The notes under the pieces: generated by a model
Database searches by the model: none
What the model saw: only the letters and a program-made list of their open reading frames with translations
What the model was told of the DNA's origin: nothing
In this document: positions 1 to 9,005 of the stretch, piece by piece
How positions within the stretch are numbered: the first letter of the stretch is position 1
How the letters are laid out: each line of letters opens with the position of its first letter
From: a virus
Lineage: Duplodnaviria; Caudoviricetes
Length of the DNA: 40,243 bases
Direction: 5' to 3' (one strand)
IMG/VR virus record: IMGVR_UViG_3300012921_000053
Location: 1 to 40,243 of that record
Position numbers and translations under genes: made by a program

Positions 1-204
1 TCATTGTCCGGGCTCACGGTTGGGGGTGCTCCCGAGGGGCGACGCCGAAACGCCACCCCTCTTCTGGTCGCGGTCATCGCGCGCCTGGTTCAAGACCGAG
101 GCGCAATAAAGGGCGCGCCAGCGATCACGGACGGCGTCCCAATCGGGATGCGTCACGAGACCCAGCGGGTGCGCTGGCGTGTCGTAGTAGGAGAGGGCGG
201 TCAT
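1..204 (-). CDS. Hypothetical phage early protein
   Basis: ATG at 204 overlaps the stop of the upstream gene (ATGA coupling). Confidence 0.5.
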   Translation of the reverse strand: MTALSYYDTPAHPLGLVTHPDWDAVRDRWRALYCASVLNQARDDRDQKRGGVSASPLGSTPNREPGQ

Positions 205-548
205 TGACCTGTCTCCGGCCACACCGGCAGAGCGTCATCATCCGGGCTATCCAGCATCGACTGAATGGCGGCGATGGCGTCAGCGCGGGTCAGGTCGTCA
301 AGATCAAGACCAAAGACTTCGTTCGGCCAAAAGAGCGCGCTGCTTTGCTGGCCGGACAGCTGAAGCCAATCAGCGCCCTCTGATAGGCCCGCCCACGCGG
401 CCTCAGGGTCAGCGAGATACCCAGCCCATCCGCCGATGCAGCAGACTGTTCCGCACTCCAAGTCCTTGCGGACGTAGTTCATGTGCACCCGCTCATCCGG
501 CAGGCTCGCCAGATGGTCCCGGAGGATGGTGAGGCGTTCCCGGTTCAT
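201..548 (-). CDS. Hypothetical phage protein
   Basis: 115 aa ORF with ATGA overlaps on both sides; CGTVCCIGGW motif. Confidence 0.7.
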   Translation of the reverse strand: MNRERLTILRDHLASLPDERVHMNYVRKDLECGTVCCIGGWAGYLADPEAAWAGLSEGADWLQLSGQQSSALFWPNEVFGLDLDDLTRADAIAAIQSMLDSPDDDALPVWPETGQ

Positions 549-820
549 GCCGCGGCCTGCAGGTTCGCCACCGCCATCCGGCGCCGCACGCCGATCTCGA
601 CAGCCAGGCTGGACTGCGCCGACATCAGGTCGATGACCGACAGTCCGGCGAACTCGACCGGCAGGTCGTCCTCGTCCGATGCGATGATGTTGATGGCCTC
701 GGTGACCAGCTCGAGCTTGCCATTCAGGCGGTCGGCTGCGTCGTTATCCGGCAAGTCTTGCGACTGGTCGATCCAGCGCGATACGGCGGCGGGAAGCGCC
801 AGTTGATTGGGGTGGGTCAT
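545..820 (-). CDS. Hypothetical phage protein
   Basis: MTHPNQL... start at 820 overlapping the upstream TGA. Confidence 0.65.
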   Translation of the reverse strand: MTHPNQLALPAAVSRWIDQSQDLPDNDAADRLNGKLELVTEAINIIASDEDDLPVEFAGLSVIDLMSAQSSLAVEIGVRRRMAVANLQAAA

Positions 821-1185
821 TGGGCCGCTCCGAGCGACACCAACTCCTGCGCAAGGGCGGGGGAGAAGCCGGGGCAAAGCTCAGAGACCCTGCCGTATTT
901 GTAGTTGGCCCACGGGTCGGTCTTGCTGGCCTTGCCGATGACTTCATGGCGCTGTTCGTCGAACTCCTGCGTGATCTCGCCGCCCGACAAAACGACTTCA
1001 TAGTCCGGTGTCTCCATGCCGGCCTCGTCGGCCATCGTCAGGAGGCGCTCAAGGTGGGCCTGCCATTCCGGCGGCATTGCCGCAATCGCGAGACGAGGGA
1101 GAACCAGGTACGGACAGTAGGCTAGACGTCCGGCGGTGAGTTGTTCCGCCTGATCAGCAATGTGGTCTTTCGTGGGGTGCGGCAC
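817..1185 (-). CDS. Hypothetical phage protein, first gene of leftward early operon
   Basis: GTG start preceded by GAGGAGG RBS; lies downstream of a pL-like promoter. Confidence 0.75.
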   Translation of the reverse strand: MPHPTKDHIADQAEQLTAGRLAYCPYLVLPRLAIAAMPPEWQAHLERLLTMADEAGMETPDYEVVLSGGEITQEFDEQRHEVIGKASKTDPWANYKYGRVSELCPGFSPALAQELVSLGAAQ

Positions 1186-1213
1186 GCCAATGCCCTCCTC
1201 TGTTGTGAGGAGG

Positions 1214-1265
1214 ACTGTACATCAGGCGTACATCAAGTCAACCCGGGTTGTGCGCTACAGGTACA
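1214..1265 (-). promoter_or_regulatory. pL-like promoter with two repressor operators
   Basis: Minus strand TTGACT (1241-1236) and TACAGT (1219-1214); operators TGTAC-N7-GTACA at 1216-1232 and TGTGC-N7-GTACA at 1249-1265. Confidence 0.7.
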
Positions 1266-1271
1266 TCCGGC

Positions 1272-1583
1272 TCAGCCGGACTTCTTCGCGCGTACAAAGT
1301 CGGCGTAGCGTTTCAGCTCGGCGATGCCGTCTTCGTCGAGGTCGGCCAAGAGCGCTGCCCGGACCTCTGCGCTCCCGGGATCTGCCTCAAGCAGGTCTCC
1401 CGTCGACACCAGATACACCGCGGCCAGCCGCTCAAGCAGGTGCTGGTTATACGGGATCAGTCCGCGCTCGACGCGGCTGAGCGTTGCGTGGGTTGTCTCT
1501 GCCTGGACGGCGACCGCCTCCAGTGACAAGCCCCTCGCCTCGCGCCACGCCCTCAGGAAGTGTTTCGGTGCTTTATCGGCCAT
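1272..1583 (-). CDS. XRE-family HTH prophage repressor (CI-like, no peptidase domain)
   Basis: LRAWREARGLSLEAVA...TLSRVERG HTH_3 pattern; divergent from a cro-like gene. Confidence 0.85.
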   Translation of the reverse strand: MADKAPKHFLRAWREARGLSLEAVAVQAETTHATLSRVERGLIPYNQHLLERLAAVYLVSTGDLLEADPGSAEVRAALLADLDEDGIAELKRYADFVRAKKSG

Positions 1584-1640
1584 TCGGCCAGACTGTTCTT
1601 CCGGCGCACAAGCTTCCATCCGCCCTCACGTACAATGCGC

Positions 1641-1670
1641 TTGCGTCAGAATGTACACTGTGCGTACATT
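1641..1670 (+). promoter_or_regulatory. pR-like promoter overlapped by operator AATGTAC-N7-GTACATT
   Basis: TTGCGT at 1641, TACATT at 1665; perfect 7-bp inverted repeat 1650-1656/1664-1670; ATG of cro 7 nt after the -10. Confidence 0.7.
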
Positions 1671-1677
1671 GTCCTCG

Positions 1678-1872
1678 ATGACTGATTTGCAGACATGGAT
1701 GGAAACGGCCGGCGAGACGGACGAAAGTCTGGCCTCGAAGGTTGATCTCTCACGCGTGCAGATTTCGCGCATTCGCCGCGGCAAGTCGCGTCCTTCACCG
1801 GATGCGGCCCAACGCCTCGCTGGAGTCACAAAGCTCCCGGTCGCCTCGTTGATCTTCGGGGCGACAGCATGA
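1678..1872 (+). CDS. Cro-like HTH regulator
   Basis: 64 aa, LASKVDLSRVQISRIRRGKSRPS HTH; divergent from the repressor. Confidence 0.85.
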   Translation: MTDLQTWMETAGETDESLASKVDLSRVQISRIRRGKSRPSPDAAQRLAGVTKLPVASLIFGATA

Positions 1873-2071
1873 ACTGCAGGCCCGCGATCATCTTTGTGCA
1901 TTTGCCGCAGTTGGTGCAGTGCGCGGCGATCGCGGCCGAGTCGATCTCGACGTCCTGGCCGAACGCCTGCTCGACCGCGAAGTCTGCGAGGCGGCGCTTG
2001 ATGCCGCGCCTGCATGCCTTCTTGCCGTCCTTCAGCGTGGCGAGGACCGGTGGCGAGAATGCGCGGTACAT
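1826..2071 (-). CDS. Small hypothetical protein with CxxCxxC motif
   Basis: ATG immediately follows the TAG of the upstream minus-strand ORF; HCTNCGKC motif. Confidence 0.45.
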   Translation of the reverse strand: MYRAFSPPVLATLKDGKKACRRGIKRRLADFAVEQAFGQDVEIDSAAIAAHCTNCGKCTKMIAGLQFMLSPRRSTRRPGAL

Positions 2072-2413
2072 CTACAGCCCGGCCTGCATGCGAATGACCG
2101 AGTCGTGCGCCTCGAAGACGGCAACCCAGACTTCCCGACTTACAGCCAGGTCCTCGTCGTATTCGGAGCCGCGCAGTCGCATCAGTCCCGAGTTCTTGCT
2201 GTGCGCCTCGGCAAGGCGGCGCCGAAACTTCAACCGCCTTTCGTATTCCTTGGGATCGTTGAGCGCCATGTACAGGCGGTCGGCAAACAACTCCCACTGG
2301 TCGATTGATGGCGCGGGCACTCTGCCCTTCGACCCATCCAACATCACGCGCACTCCGCACCACGCCCCCCTGAGCGTCGGGTTCATCAACTGCGGAATTA
2401 ATGTCCGAAACAA
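2072..2413 (-). CDS. Hypothetical protein (antisense to early right operon; start uncertain)
   Basis: Protein-like helical composition; abuts the next minus-strand ORF. Confidence 0.5.
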   Translation of the reverse strand: MFRTLIPQLMNPTLRGAWCGVRVMLDGSKGRVPAPSIDQWELFADRLYMALNDPKEYERRLKFRRRLAEAHSKNSGLMRLRGSEYDEDLAVSREVWVAVFEAHDSVIRMQAGL

Positions 2414-2656
2414 GACAATTCGCGTTCATCTAGATGAGCTTTTGGTGAGGCACGCAGTAGTTGCGAGCCGATTCCCGGACGTCGCGGAAACTTTTACTGT
2501 CGTTAAGCCGACTTACGGCTCGGAGGCGTTGGCGCGCCCCCTTGCCATCTGCATTCGAACCGTTCCGGTTGGCGCCGGCCGTGTCGATCAAGTGCGTAAT
2601 CCCTTTTCCAACTCCAACACCGTGTCGGGTGCTGCTCTCTTCCAACGAGGAACAGC

Positions 2657-3082
2657 ATGACGGACGCGATGATGGATTTCCAACGCCTCGATAGTGGCTT
2701 TTCTACCCCCGACGGATTCAAGGACGGCCTTGCCGCCTACGCCCGTCGCCGGTGGCAGACCCACACGGTCAAGAGCATCGAGCGCGAATGGGACCTGTCG
2801 ACGGATGAGGCCAAAAACCTCCTCCAAGGCAGGACATCGCTCAGGACGATCGAGAAAATCCTGAGCCACAAAAACGGCGGCTGGTCCCTTGCGCTCCCGA
2901 TCCTGGGTGGCGTGATCGGGCACGGCCTGACCGACTTCATCGCATCTGAAAGAAGCAGGCTGGACCATGAGGCCGAACAACGGCGTCTCCAAGCCGCAGA
3001 ACTCGGGAGGGCAGCCGCCCTCCTACACGCCGTTGATGGTGGTCCTCGCGATCATCCTGTCGCCGGTATGGGTTCTCGGTAA
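2657..3082 (+). CDS. CII-like/HTH phage regulatory protein
   Basis: GAGGA RBS; position after cro; degenerate HTH and C-terminal coiled coil. Confidence 0.55.
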   Translation: MTDAMMDFQRLDSGFSTPDGFKDGLAAYARRRWQTHTVKSIEREWDLSTDEAKNLLQGRTSLRTIEKILSHKNGGWSLALPILGGVIGHGLTDFIASERSRLDHEAEQRRLQAAELGRAAALLHAVDGGPRDHPVAGMGSR

Positions 3083-3187
3083 GGCGATCCCTTGGCTCCT
3101 CTCGGGGCCGGGCGTGATCGACTCATATGTGCGCCTCTGGGCAGCACAAGCGTACGTCGCTGTCCGCCGCATGCGGGAGCGTCGGTG

Positions 3188-3754
3188 ATGCGCGCTGACC
3201 TCGCCGCGGCCGAAGCCGCTGACCACATTGCCCTGATGGGCGACCAAGATCCCGGCGCGGTTTCCGTGCCTGGGGTGCGCCAGCGGGCGGGGGCGCAAGC
3301 CCCCGTCTGTACCACCCTGACCATTCCCGCGCCGCCGAGCGTGAACAAGCTGTTCGCCAATCGTCGCGGGGGGCGTTTCAAGACGCCCGAATACAAGCAC
3401 TGGCTCGCAGAGTGCGGCTGGCTGATCCGCGAGCAACTCACTTCGGTCGGCTGCGACCCTGTGCCGGGGCGGGTCGTCGTCCTGATCACGGTCGAGCGCA
3501 CAAACCTGCTGGCCGATTGCGACAACCTGACCAAGGCGACCCTCGACCTGCTGGTGAAGATGAAGGTCATCGACGACGACCGGTTCGTCACCGCGACCGC
3601 GATCACATGGGGTCCGATGGGCAATCGCCAGCGGCCCAAGGCCCGCATCGCGATCATGCCGGCAGTCGCTCACACGCTCAACTTTCACCCCTCGCCAGAC
3701 GGCGCGACGGGCGGGTGGTTCCTGGATGCGCCGATGAACGATGGAGAGGTTTGA
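3188..3754 (+). CDS. rusA: RusA-family Holliday junction resolvase
   Basis: PPSVNKL, DCDNLTKATLDLL and IDDDRFV motifs. Confidence 0.85.
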   Translation: MRADLAAAEAADHIALMGDQDPGAVSVPGVRQRAGAQAPVCTTLTIPAPPSVNKLFANRRGGRFKTPEYKHWLAECGWLIREQLTSVGCDPVPGRVVVLITVERTNLLADCDNLTKATLDLLVKMKVIDDDRFVTATAITWGPMGNRQRPKARIAIMPAVAHTLNFHPSPDGATGGWFLDAPMNDGEV

Positions 3755-3975
3755 TGGGCGACGAGCCCGAGTTTATCTCGTTCGCGGAGTTCGCGAGGCG
3801 AACATCGCTCTGCCGGGCGACGATCTACAACATGATCGCGCGCGGTGAAATTCCAGCGCCACTCAAGCTGAGCCCGCGCCGCGTCGCGTGGCCGGTCGCT
3901 GAATACAACGCATGGGTCGCGAGCCTTCAGCGCGCGTCACTGGCCGAAATCCAATCCACAGAAGAGGACTCCTGA
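3754..3975 (+). CDS. AlpA-family regulator / possible excisionase
   Basis: SLCRATIYNMIARGEIPAPLKLSPRRVAW, typical AlpA pattern. Confidence 0.85.
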   Translation: MGDEPEFISFAEFARRTSLCRATIYNMIARGEIPAPLKLSPRRVAWPVAEYNAWVASLQRASLAEIQSTEEDS

Positions 3976-3977
3976 CC

Positions 3978-4772
3978 ATGGCGATTTCACTCGCATCCCT
4001 GCGCAAGGTCCGCGCCGACCAGCCGCCCCGGCTGCTGATCTACGGCCCCGAGAAGATGGGCAAGACGACCCTCGCCGCCGAGTTTCCGGCGCCGGTGTTC
4101 CTGCAGACGGAGCGCGGCGAGAGCGGCGACCTGGTGCTGGACAGCTTCGGCACGCTGGACACCTTCGAGGCGGTCGTTGAGGCGATCTCGTCGCTAGCCG
4201 CCGAGGATCACAGCTTCCAGACGGTCGTGCTGGACTCGGTCAGCGCCCTGCAAAAGCTGGTGTTCGACCGGGTCTGTCGCGACAGCAACGTCAAGTCGAT
4301 TGAGCTGGCGGCGGGCGGCTACGGCAAGGGCTATGCCGAGGCCGACGCCCTATGGCTGCAGGTTCTGGACGGCCTGAACTATCTCCGCAACGAACGCGGC
4401 ATGGCCGTCGTGCTGGTCGGTCACGCAATCATCGGCCGGTTCGATGACCCGGAGACGCAGTCCTACAGCCGCTACGACATCGACCTGCACAAGCGGGCCG
4501 AGGCGCTGCTGAAGCGCGAGGTCGACGCCATCCTGCTGGTCAAGAAGGATGTCACCATCAAGACCGAGGGCAAGGGCGAGCGCGCCCGCGCCGACGGTGG
4601 CGACACGCGCTGGATCTACACCGAGGGCAAGCCCGCCTTCACCGCGGGCAATCGGTACAACATGCCCGCACGCATCATGTTCAAGCGCGGGGAGGGGTTC
4701 ACCGCCCTGGCTCCGTTCTTCCCCCAATCGGCCGTTGGCGCGGTCGAGACCCCGGCTGCTCAGGCGGCCTAA
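3978..4772 (+). CDS. Phage AAA ATPase (AAA_24 / Sak4-like recombinase)
   Basis: Walker A GPEKMGKT, Walker B VVLDS; followed by an SSB-like gene. Confidence 0.85.
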   Translation: MAISLASLRKVRADQPPRLLIYGPEKMGKTTLAAEFPAPVFLQTERGESGDLVLDSFGTLDTFEAVVEAISSLAAEDHSFQTVVLDSVSALQKLVFDRVCRDSNVKSIELAAGGYGKGYAEADALWLQVLDGLNYLRNERGMAVVLVGHAIIGRFDDPETQSYSRYDIDLHKRAEALLKREVDAILLVKKDVTIKTEGKGERARADGGDTRWIYTEGKPAFTAGNRYNMPARIMFKRGEGFTALAPFFPQSAVGAVETPAAQAA

Positions 4773-4794
4773 CCCTCCCGAAAGGAGAATACCA

Positions 4795-5304
4795 ATGGCC
4801 GAACTCGGCTCTTTCGACCCGGATGCCGTATCCGATGATCGCGAGATCATCGCTGCAGGCAACTACGTCGCGCAGGTCATCGAATCCTCGCTCGCCGACA
4901 CCAAGGCGGGCACGGGCAAGATGCTCAAGCTGACGTGGGAGATCATCGACGGCCCGCTGGCCAAGCGGCGCGTCTGGGAAAACCTCAACATCATCAACCC
5001 GAACCCGGACGCTCAGGCGATCGCCGAGCGCGCCCTCAAGCGCATCTGCGGCGCGGTCGGCCACACTGGCACGCTTTCGGACAGCGAACAGCTGCACTTC
5101 AAGCCGTGCGAGATCACCGTCGCGATCAAGCCGGCCGAGGGCCAGTACGGCGAGAGCAACCAGGTCAAGGGCTACAAGGCAGTTGGCGCTGCCGGACCCG
5201 CGACTGCGACTCGTCCGGGAGTCGGATCCTCGGCCAAACCCGCGACGCCGTGGGGCAAGAAGCCCGCTGCTTCGCCCGAATTGGTCGACGACATCCCTTT
5301 CTAA
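4795..5304 (+). CDS. DUF669-type phage ssDNA-binding protein
   Basis: AGNYVAQVIES...MLKLTWEI pattern; acidic DDIPF C-terminus; AAGGAG RBS. Confidence 0.85.
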   Translation: MAELGSFDPDAVSDDREIIAAGNYVAQVIESSLADTKAGTGKMLKLTWEIIDGPLAKRRVWENLNIINPNPDAQAIAERALKRICGAVGHTGTLSDSEQLHFKPCEITVAIKPAEGQYGESNQVKGYKAVGAAGPATATRPGVGSSAKPATPWGKKPAASPELVDDIPF

Positions 5305-5311
5305 AAACCAG

Positions 5312-5360
5312 CTGCCGGTCGGCCTGATTACCACACCCGACCGACCGGCAGACCTCTTCC
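5312..5360 (+). terminator. Stem-loop after the SSB gene (possible terminator or processing site)
   Basis: Perfect 11-bp inverted repeat CTGCCGGTCGG 5312-5322 / CCGACCGGCAG 5341-5351; no strong U-tract. Confidence 0.4.
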
Positions 5361-5399
5361 ACCCGCTGTCTTCCAACAGCATCGCAGGAGCACCTGACG

Positions 5400-5666
5400 A
5401 TGGACGAACAACCGCGCCCTGTCGAGACCGACCGGGCCATGGACCGCGCCACGACCGAGGCCGGTTACGCGCCGCTTCCCGACTACGTCGCTCGCAACTC
5501 CGAGCCGGACACGTCCTGTGGCGAGATCGACCTGCTGACGCAGGTCGCGGCCATCATTCGTCAGGCCCAGGTCGAGTTCCGCGGCGGCTTCAATGTCGCT
5601 GGACGGCTCGAAATCATTCACGCGCAGCGCCTGCTGGACCGCGCCTTTCATGGGGAGGCGGTTTGA
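5400..5666 (+). CDS. Hypothetical phage protein
   Basis: AGGAG RBS; in operon. Confidence 0.55.
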   Translation: MDEQPRPVETDRAMDRATTEAGYAPLPDYVARNSEPDTSCGEIDLLTQVAAIIRQAQVEFRGGFNVAGRLEIIHAQRLLDRAFHGEAV

Positions 5667-5667
5667 G

Positions 5668-5832
5668 ATGACCGCCCTCCGCTACGAGGACACCGTCGAG
5701 CCCGAACAAGCGCCGTGTGACGACTGCGGCGAGATGGTCGACGAGGGCGCGGTCGTCCGTCTGGACGGCGACTGGTTGTGCGAGTCGTGCGCCGAAGCGC
5801 AGACGGCCTGCACGGGAGGCCGGCATGCCTGA
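5668..5832 (+). CDS. Small zinc-finger protein
   Basis: CDDC...CESC; GGAGG RBS. Confidence 0.6.
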   Translation: MTALRYEDTVEPEQAPCDDCGEMVDEGAVVRLDGDWLCESCAEAQTACTGGRHA

Positions 5833-6757
5833 GCTCCCCGTCACCACACCGCCGACGGTCGCGGCGATCTTCCGCCACCTGGAGCAGACGCAGGACACGT
5901 CTCGCCGCACGTACCTCGGCGCGTCCGTGCTGGGCGACGAGTGCGAACGCAAGCTCTGGGACAACTTCCGCTGGCTGTTTCCCGCTGAGATTTTTGACGG
6001 CCAGAAGCTTTCGATCTTCGAGACCGGCCACCGCTGGGAAGCGCGCCTGGTCGAGATGGTCAAGGCGGCCGGCATCGACCTGCATGATGTCGACCCCGAG
6101 ACCGGTGAGCAGTTCGCCGTGCGGTTCGCGGGCGGGCACGGCGGCGGTCACCTCGACGGAGAGGCGACTGGCGTTCCTGAGGCTCCGAAGACCGTCCATG
6201 TCGTCGAGTTCAAGACGCACAAGGACAAGTCGTTCAAGGATCTGCTGAAGAAGCGCGTTCGCGAATCCAAGCCGACGCATCATGCCCAGATGCAGACCTA
6301 CATGGGTCTGCGTCACAGGACCCGCGCGCTCTACATCGCCGTCAACAAGAACGACGACAGCATCTATGCCGAGAGGGTCGAGTTCGACGCCCTCGAGTTC
6401 GCAAGGTTGATGACACGCGCCGAGCGCATCGTCACGTCTGACCGTCGCCCCGCCTGCAGCTGCCCCGTCTACTTCCTCAAGGCGGGCTACGGCTGTGCTC
6501 CGAACGACGGGCTCATGCCGCAGCGGAACTGCCGGACCTGCATGCACTCAACCGCGCACCTCGACGGCGACGCTCGCTGGTCCTGCGCGCGATGGGGTCG
6601 TGACCTTGGGATTGAGGAACAAAGGGTCGGCTGTCCTCAGCACCTGTTCAATCCGACCACCATCCCCGGCGAGCAGACCGACGTCGACTTCGAGAACGAG
6701 CGGGTGACGTACCGGCTCGCGAGCGGTGATGTGTGGATCGATGGGGGCGCGCGATGA
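5825..6757 (+). CDS. PD-(D/E)XK (Cas4-like) phage exonuclease
   Basis: YLGASVLG, GHLDG, VVEFKT, HAQMQTYM and Cys cluster. Confidence 0.85.
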   Translation: MPELPVTTPPTVAAIFRHLEQTQDTSRRTYLGASVLGDECERKLWDNFRWLFPAEIFDGQKLSIFETGHRWEARLVEMVKAAGIDLHDVDPETGEQFAVRFAGGHGGGHLDGEATGVPEAPKTVHVVEFKTHKDKSFKDLLKKRVRESKPTHHAQMQTYMGLRHRTRALYIAVNKNDDSIYAERVEFDALEFARLMTRAERIVTSDRRPACSCPVYFLKAGYGCAPNDGLMPQRNCRTCMHSTAHLDGDARWSCARWGRDLGIEEQRVGCPQHLFNPTTIPGEQTDVDFENERVTYRLASGDVWIDGGAR

Positions 6758-7320
6758 GTGCTCTGCCTACCACGCGTGCCGAGGCCTTTGATCTCGGGGC
6801 TGACCGCTATTTCACTGGCATCGCGTGCCGTCACGGGCACGTCGCCGAACGCTACGTCAGCGGCTCGTGCGTGGGGTGCCGCGAGGCGCATTATGCCCGG
6901 CGCGCACCGGAGATTCGCGCTCGCCTTCAATCTGCACGAGATGCTGACCGCGAAGGCGTCAAGCAGCGTCGAAACGACTGGTATGCGCGCACCAAAGTCG
7001 CGCGCGGGCCGGTTCGAAACGCCCTCATGCAGCGCCGGTTCTTCTACGCTCGCTCCGTGAACCTGCGCGGCCCTGGCAAGGCTCAGGCGCGCGACCTGGC
7101 TGCGCTCTGGAAGGCGCAACGCGGCCTCTGCGCCCTCACCGGACGCCGCCTCGACCGCGCAGCAGAGATTGACCACATCATCCCGAAGACCCGCGGCGGC
7201 AGCCACGCGATCGGCAACCTGCGTTGGGTCGTTAAGGACGCGAACCGAGCAAAGCGGGACCTGCTCGACGCGGACTTCATCGCTTTGTGCCGGGATATCG
7301 TGCGGAGGGCGGGCGCATGA
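6754..7320 (+). CDS. HNH endonuclease with N-terminal Cys/His domain
   Basis: EIDHIIPKTRGGSHAIGNLRWV...NRAK; N-terminal YFTGIACRHGH...CVGC. Confidence 0.85.
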   Translation: MSALPTTRAEAFDLGADRYFTGIACRHGHVAERYVSGSCVGCREAHYARRAPEIRARLQSARDADREGVKQRRNDWYARTKVARGPVRNALMQRRFFYARSVNLRGPGKAQARDLAALWKAQRGLCALTGRRLDRAAEIDHIIPKTRGGSHAIGNLRWVVKDANRAKRDLLDADFIALCRDIVRRAGA

Positions 7321-9005
7321 CCGTGCTTCGTCCCTATCAGCGCCAGTCCATCGACGCTCTTATGTCCTACTGGGGCAACGGCGGTGGGAACGGGCTGATC
7401 GACCTCGCAACAGGTCTCGGCAAGTCAGTCGTGGTCGCGACCATCTGCAAGGAACTGCTTGCGGCCTATCCCGACATGCGCATCCTCACGCTCGTCGATT
7501 CCAAGGAGTTGGTCGGGCAGAACTACAAGGCGCTGCTGCGCGCTTGGCCGCAGGCGCCGGCCGGCGTGTATGCGGCTGGCCTTGGCCGCCGAGACGCGCA
7601 CAACCCGCTGACGTTCGCCAGCATCCAGAGCGTGTTCAAGCGCGCGAAGGAACTTGGTCGCCGCGATCTGATCCTGGTCGATGAAGCGCACATGATCCCG
7701 CCAGAAGGGGAGGGCATGTACCAGACCCTGCTGGCCGGTCTCGCCGAGACCACGCCTGACCTGCGGGTCGGAGGGCTGACGGCAACGCCCTTCCGCATGA
7801 AGGGCGGACGACTGGATGGCCCCGGCCATCTGTTCGACGAGACGGTTTATTCGTTCGGGCTCGGCAAGGGCATTGACGAGGGTTGGCTGGTCCCGCTCGT
7901 GTCGCGCAACGGGTCGGCTCAGCTTGACGTCTCGTCCGTCTCCCGCCGCGGGACGGAGTTTGTCAGCGGTGCCCTGAACCACGCCGCCGAGGAACAGGAC
8001 GACGTCGTTCGGGCCGCGGTGTCGGACATGAAGGCGCGTGCGCATGACAGGCGCTCGTGGCTGATCTTCGCCTGCGGAGTGAAGCACGCGAACCGCGTCG
8101 CAGACGTTCTTAAATCCGAGGGCGTCAACGCCGCGGCCGTGTCCGGCGACAGTCCAAACCGGGACCAACTGATTGAGGACTTCAAGGCAGGTCGGCTCGA
8201 CGCGCTTTGCAACGCAGACCTGTTGACCAAGGGCTTTGATGCTCCCCGCGTCGACCTGATCTCGATGCTTCGGCCGACCCTTTCGCCGGGACTGCTCGTC
8301 CAGATCGTCGGGCGCGGCACTCGCCCGATATGGCCGGCGGGCTTCGACGAGAACGACCCTGCGCACACTGCGGAGGTTCGTCGCGACGCGATCGCCAGCA
8401 GTGTCAAACCGGATTGCCTTTGCCTGGATTACGCGGGGAACTTCCGCCGGCACGGGCCTGTCGACACGATTTCACCGCCTGATCCGAAGCGCCGCGGCGG
8501 CCTCGTGCAGATCCGGCCTGACGACGTCCGCGCCAAGGAGTGCCCGACCTGCAAGACGCTGGCCGCGCTCAACGCCCAGACCTGCGCCATCTGCGGCCAC
8601 GAATGGACGATGGATCGGGCGCGCCATGACGCCGAGGCGGACGATGTCGCGATCCTGTCGCGTGACCTGCGCTACCAGCCTGCGGAGGAGATCGCGGTCG
8701 TAACCTGGATGGCGCGTCGGCACGTGAAGGTCGGGAGCCCGGATTCGCTGCGCGTCACCTATTCGGCCGGGCTGATGTCGTACCCAGAGTGGGTGCTGCT
8801 TTGCCACAGCGGACCCGGTCGCTACCGCGCGGAGAAGTGGTGGATGGCTCATGGGGGCGCGCTGCCGGTTCCGGCGTGCGTCGAGGAAGCTTTGGAGCGG
8901 TGGGCAGAGTTGAGCCAGCCCGCCTTCATAGGCGTGAAAAAGAACGGCAAGTGGTGGAACATCGTTTCCCGCCGCTTCACTCAATCACAGGAGCAAGCGG
9001 CATGA
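7317..9005 (+). CDS. SF2 DEAH-box helicase (RadD/YejH-like) with zinc ribbon
   Basis: LRPYQ, ATGLGKS, VDEAH, TATP, QIVGRGTR, CPTC...CAIC. Confidence 0.92.
   Translation: MTVLRPYQRQSIDALMSYWGNGGGNGLIDLATGLGKSVVVATICKELLAAYPDMRILTLVDSKELVGQNYKALLRAWPQAPAGVYAAGLGRRDAHNPLTFASIQSVFKRAKELGRRDLILVDEAHMIPPEGEGMYQTLLAGLAETTPDLRVGGLTATPFRMKGGRLDGPGHLFDETVYSFGLGKGIDEGWLVPLVSRNGSAQLDVSSVSRRGTEFVSGALNHAAEEQDDVVRAAVSDMKARAHDRRSWLIFACGVKHANRVADVLKSEGVNAAAVSGDSPNRDQLIEDFKAGRLDALCNADLLTKGFDAPRVDLISMLRPTLSPGLLVQIVGRGTRPIWPAGFDENDPAHTAEVRRDAIASSVKPDCLCLDYAGNFRRHGPVDTISPPDPKRRGGLVQIRPDDVRAKECPTCKTLAALNAQTCAICGHEWTMDRARHDAEADDVAILSRDLRYQPAEEIAVVTWMARRHVKVGSPDSLRVTYSAGLMSYPEWVLLCHSGPGRYRAEKWWMAHGGALPVPACVEEALERWAELSQPAFIGVKKNGKWWNIVSRRFTQSQEQAA

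Noticed and set aside
2490-2510. Possible CtrA box (TTAA-N7-TTAA), also near 14022-14036
   Set aside because: Only one TTAA half site at each location; second half does not match
1869-2660. 263 aa + strand ORF bridging cro and the cII-like gene
   Set aside because: Ser/Arg-rich composition without motifs; the minus-strand ORFs look more protein-like, though it cannot be fully excluded
5825-6757. Cas4-like gene as evidence of CRISPR-Cas
   Set aside because: Sits in a standard phage recombination module with ATPase, SSB and helicase
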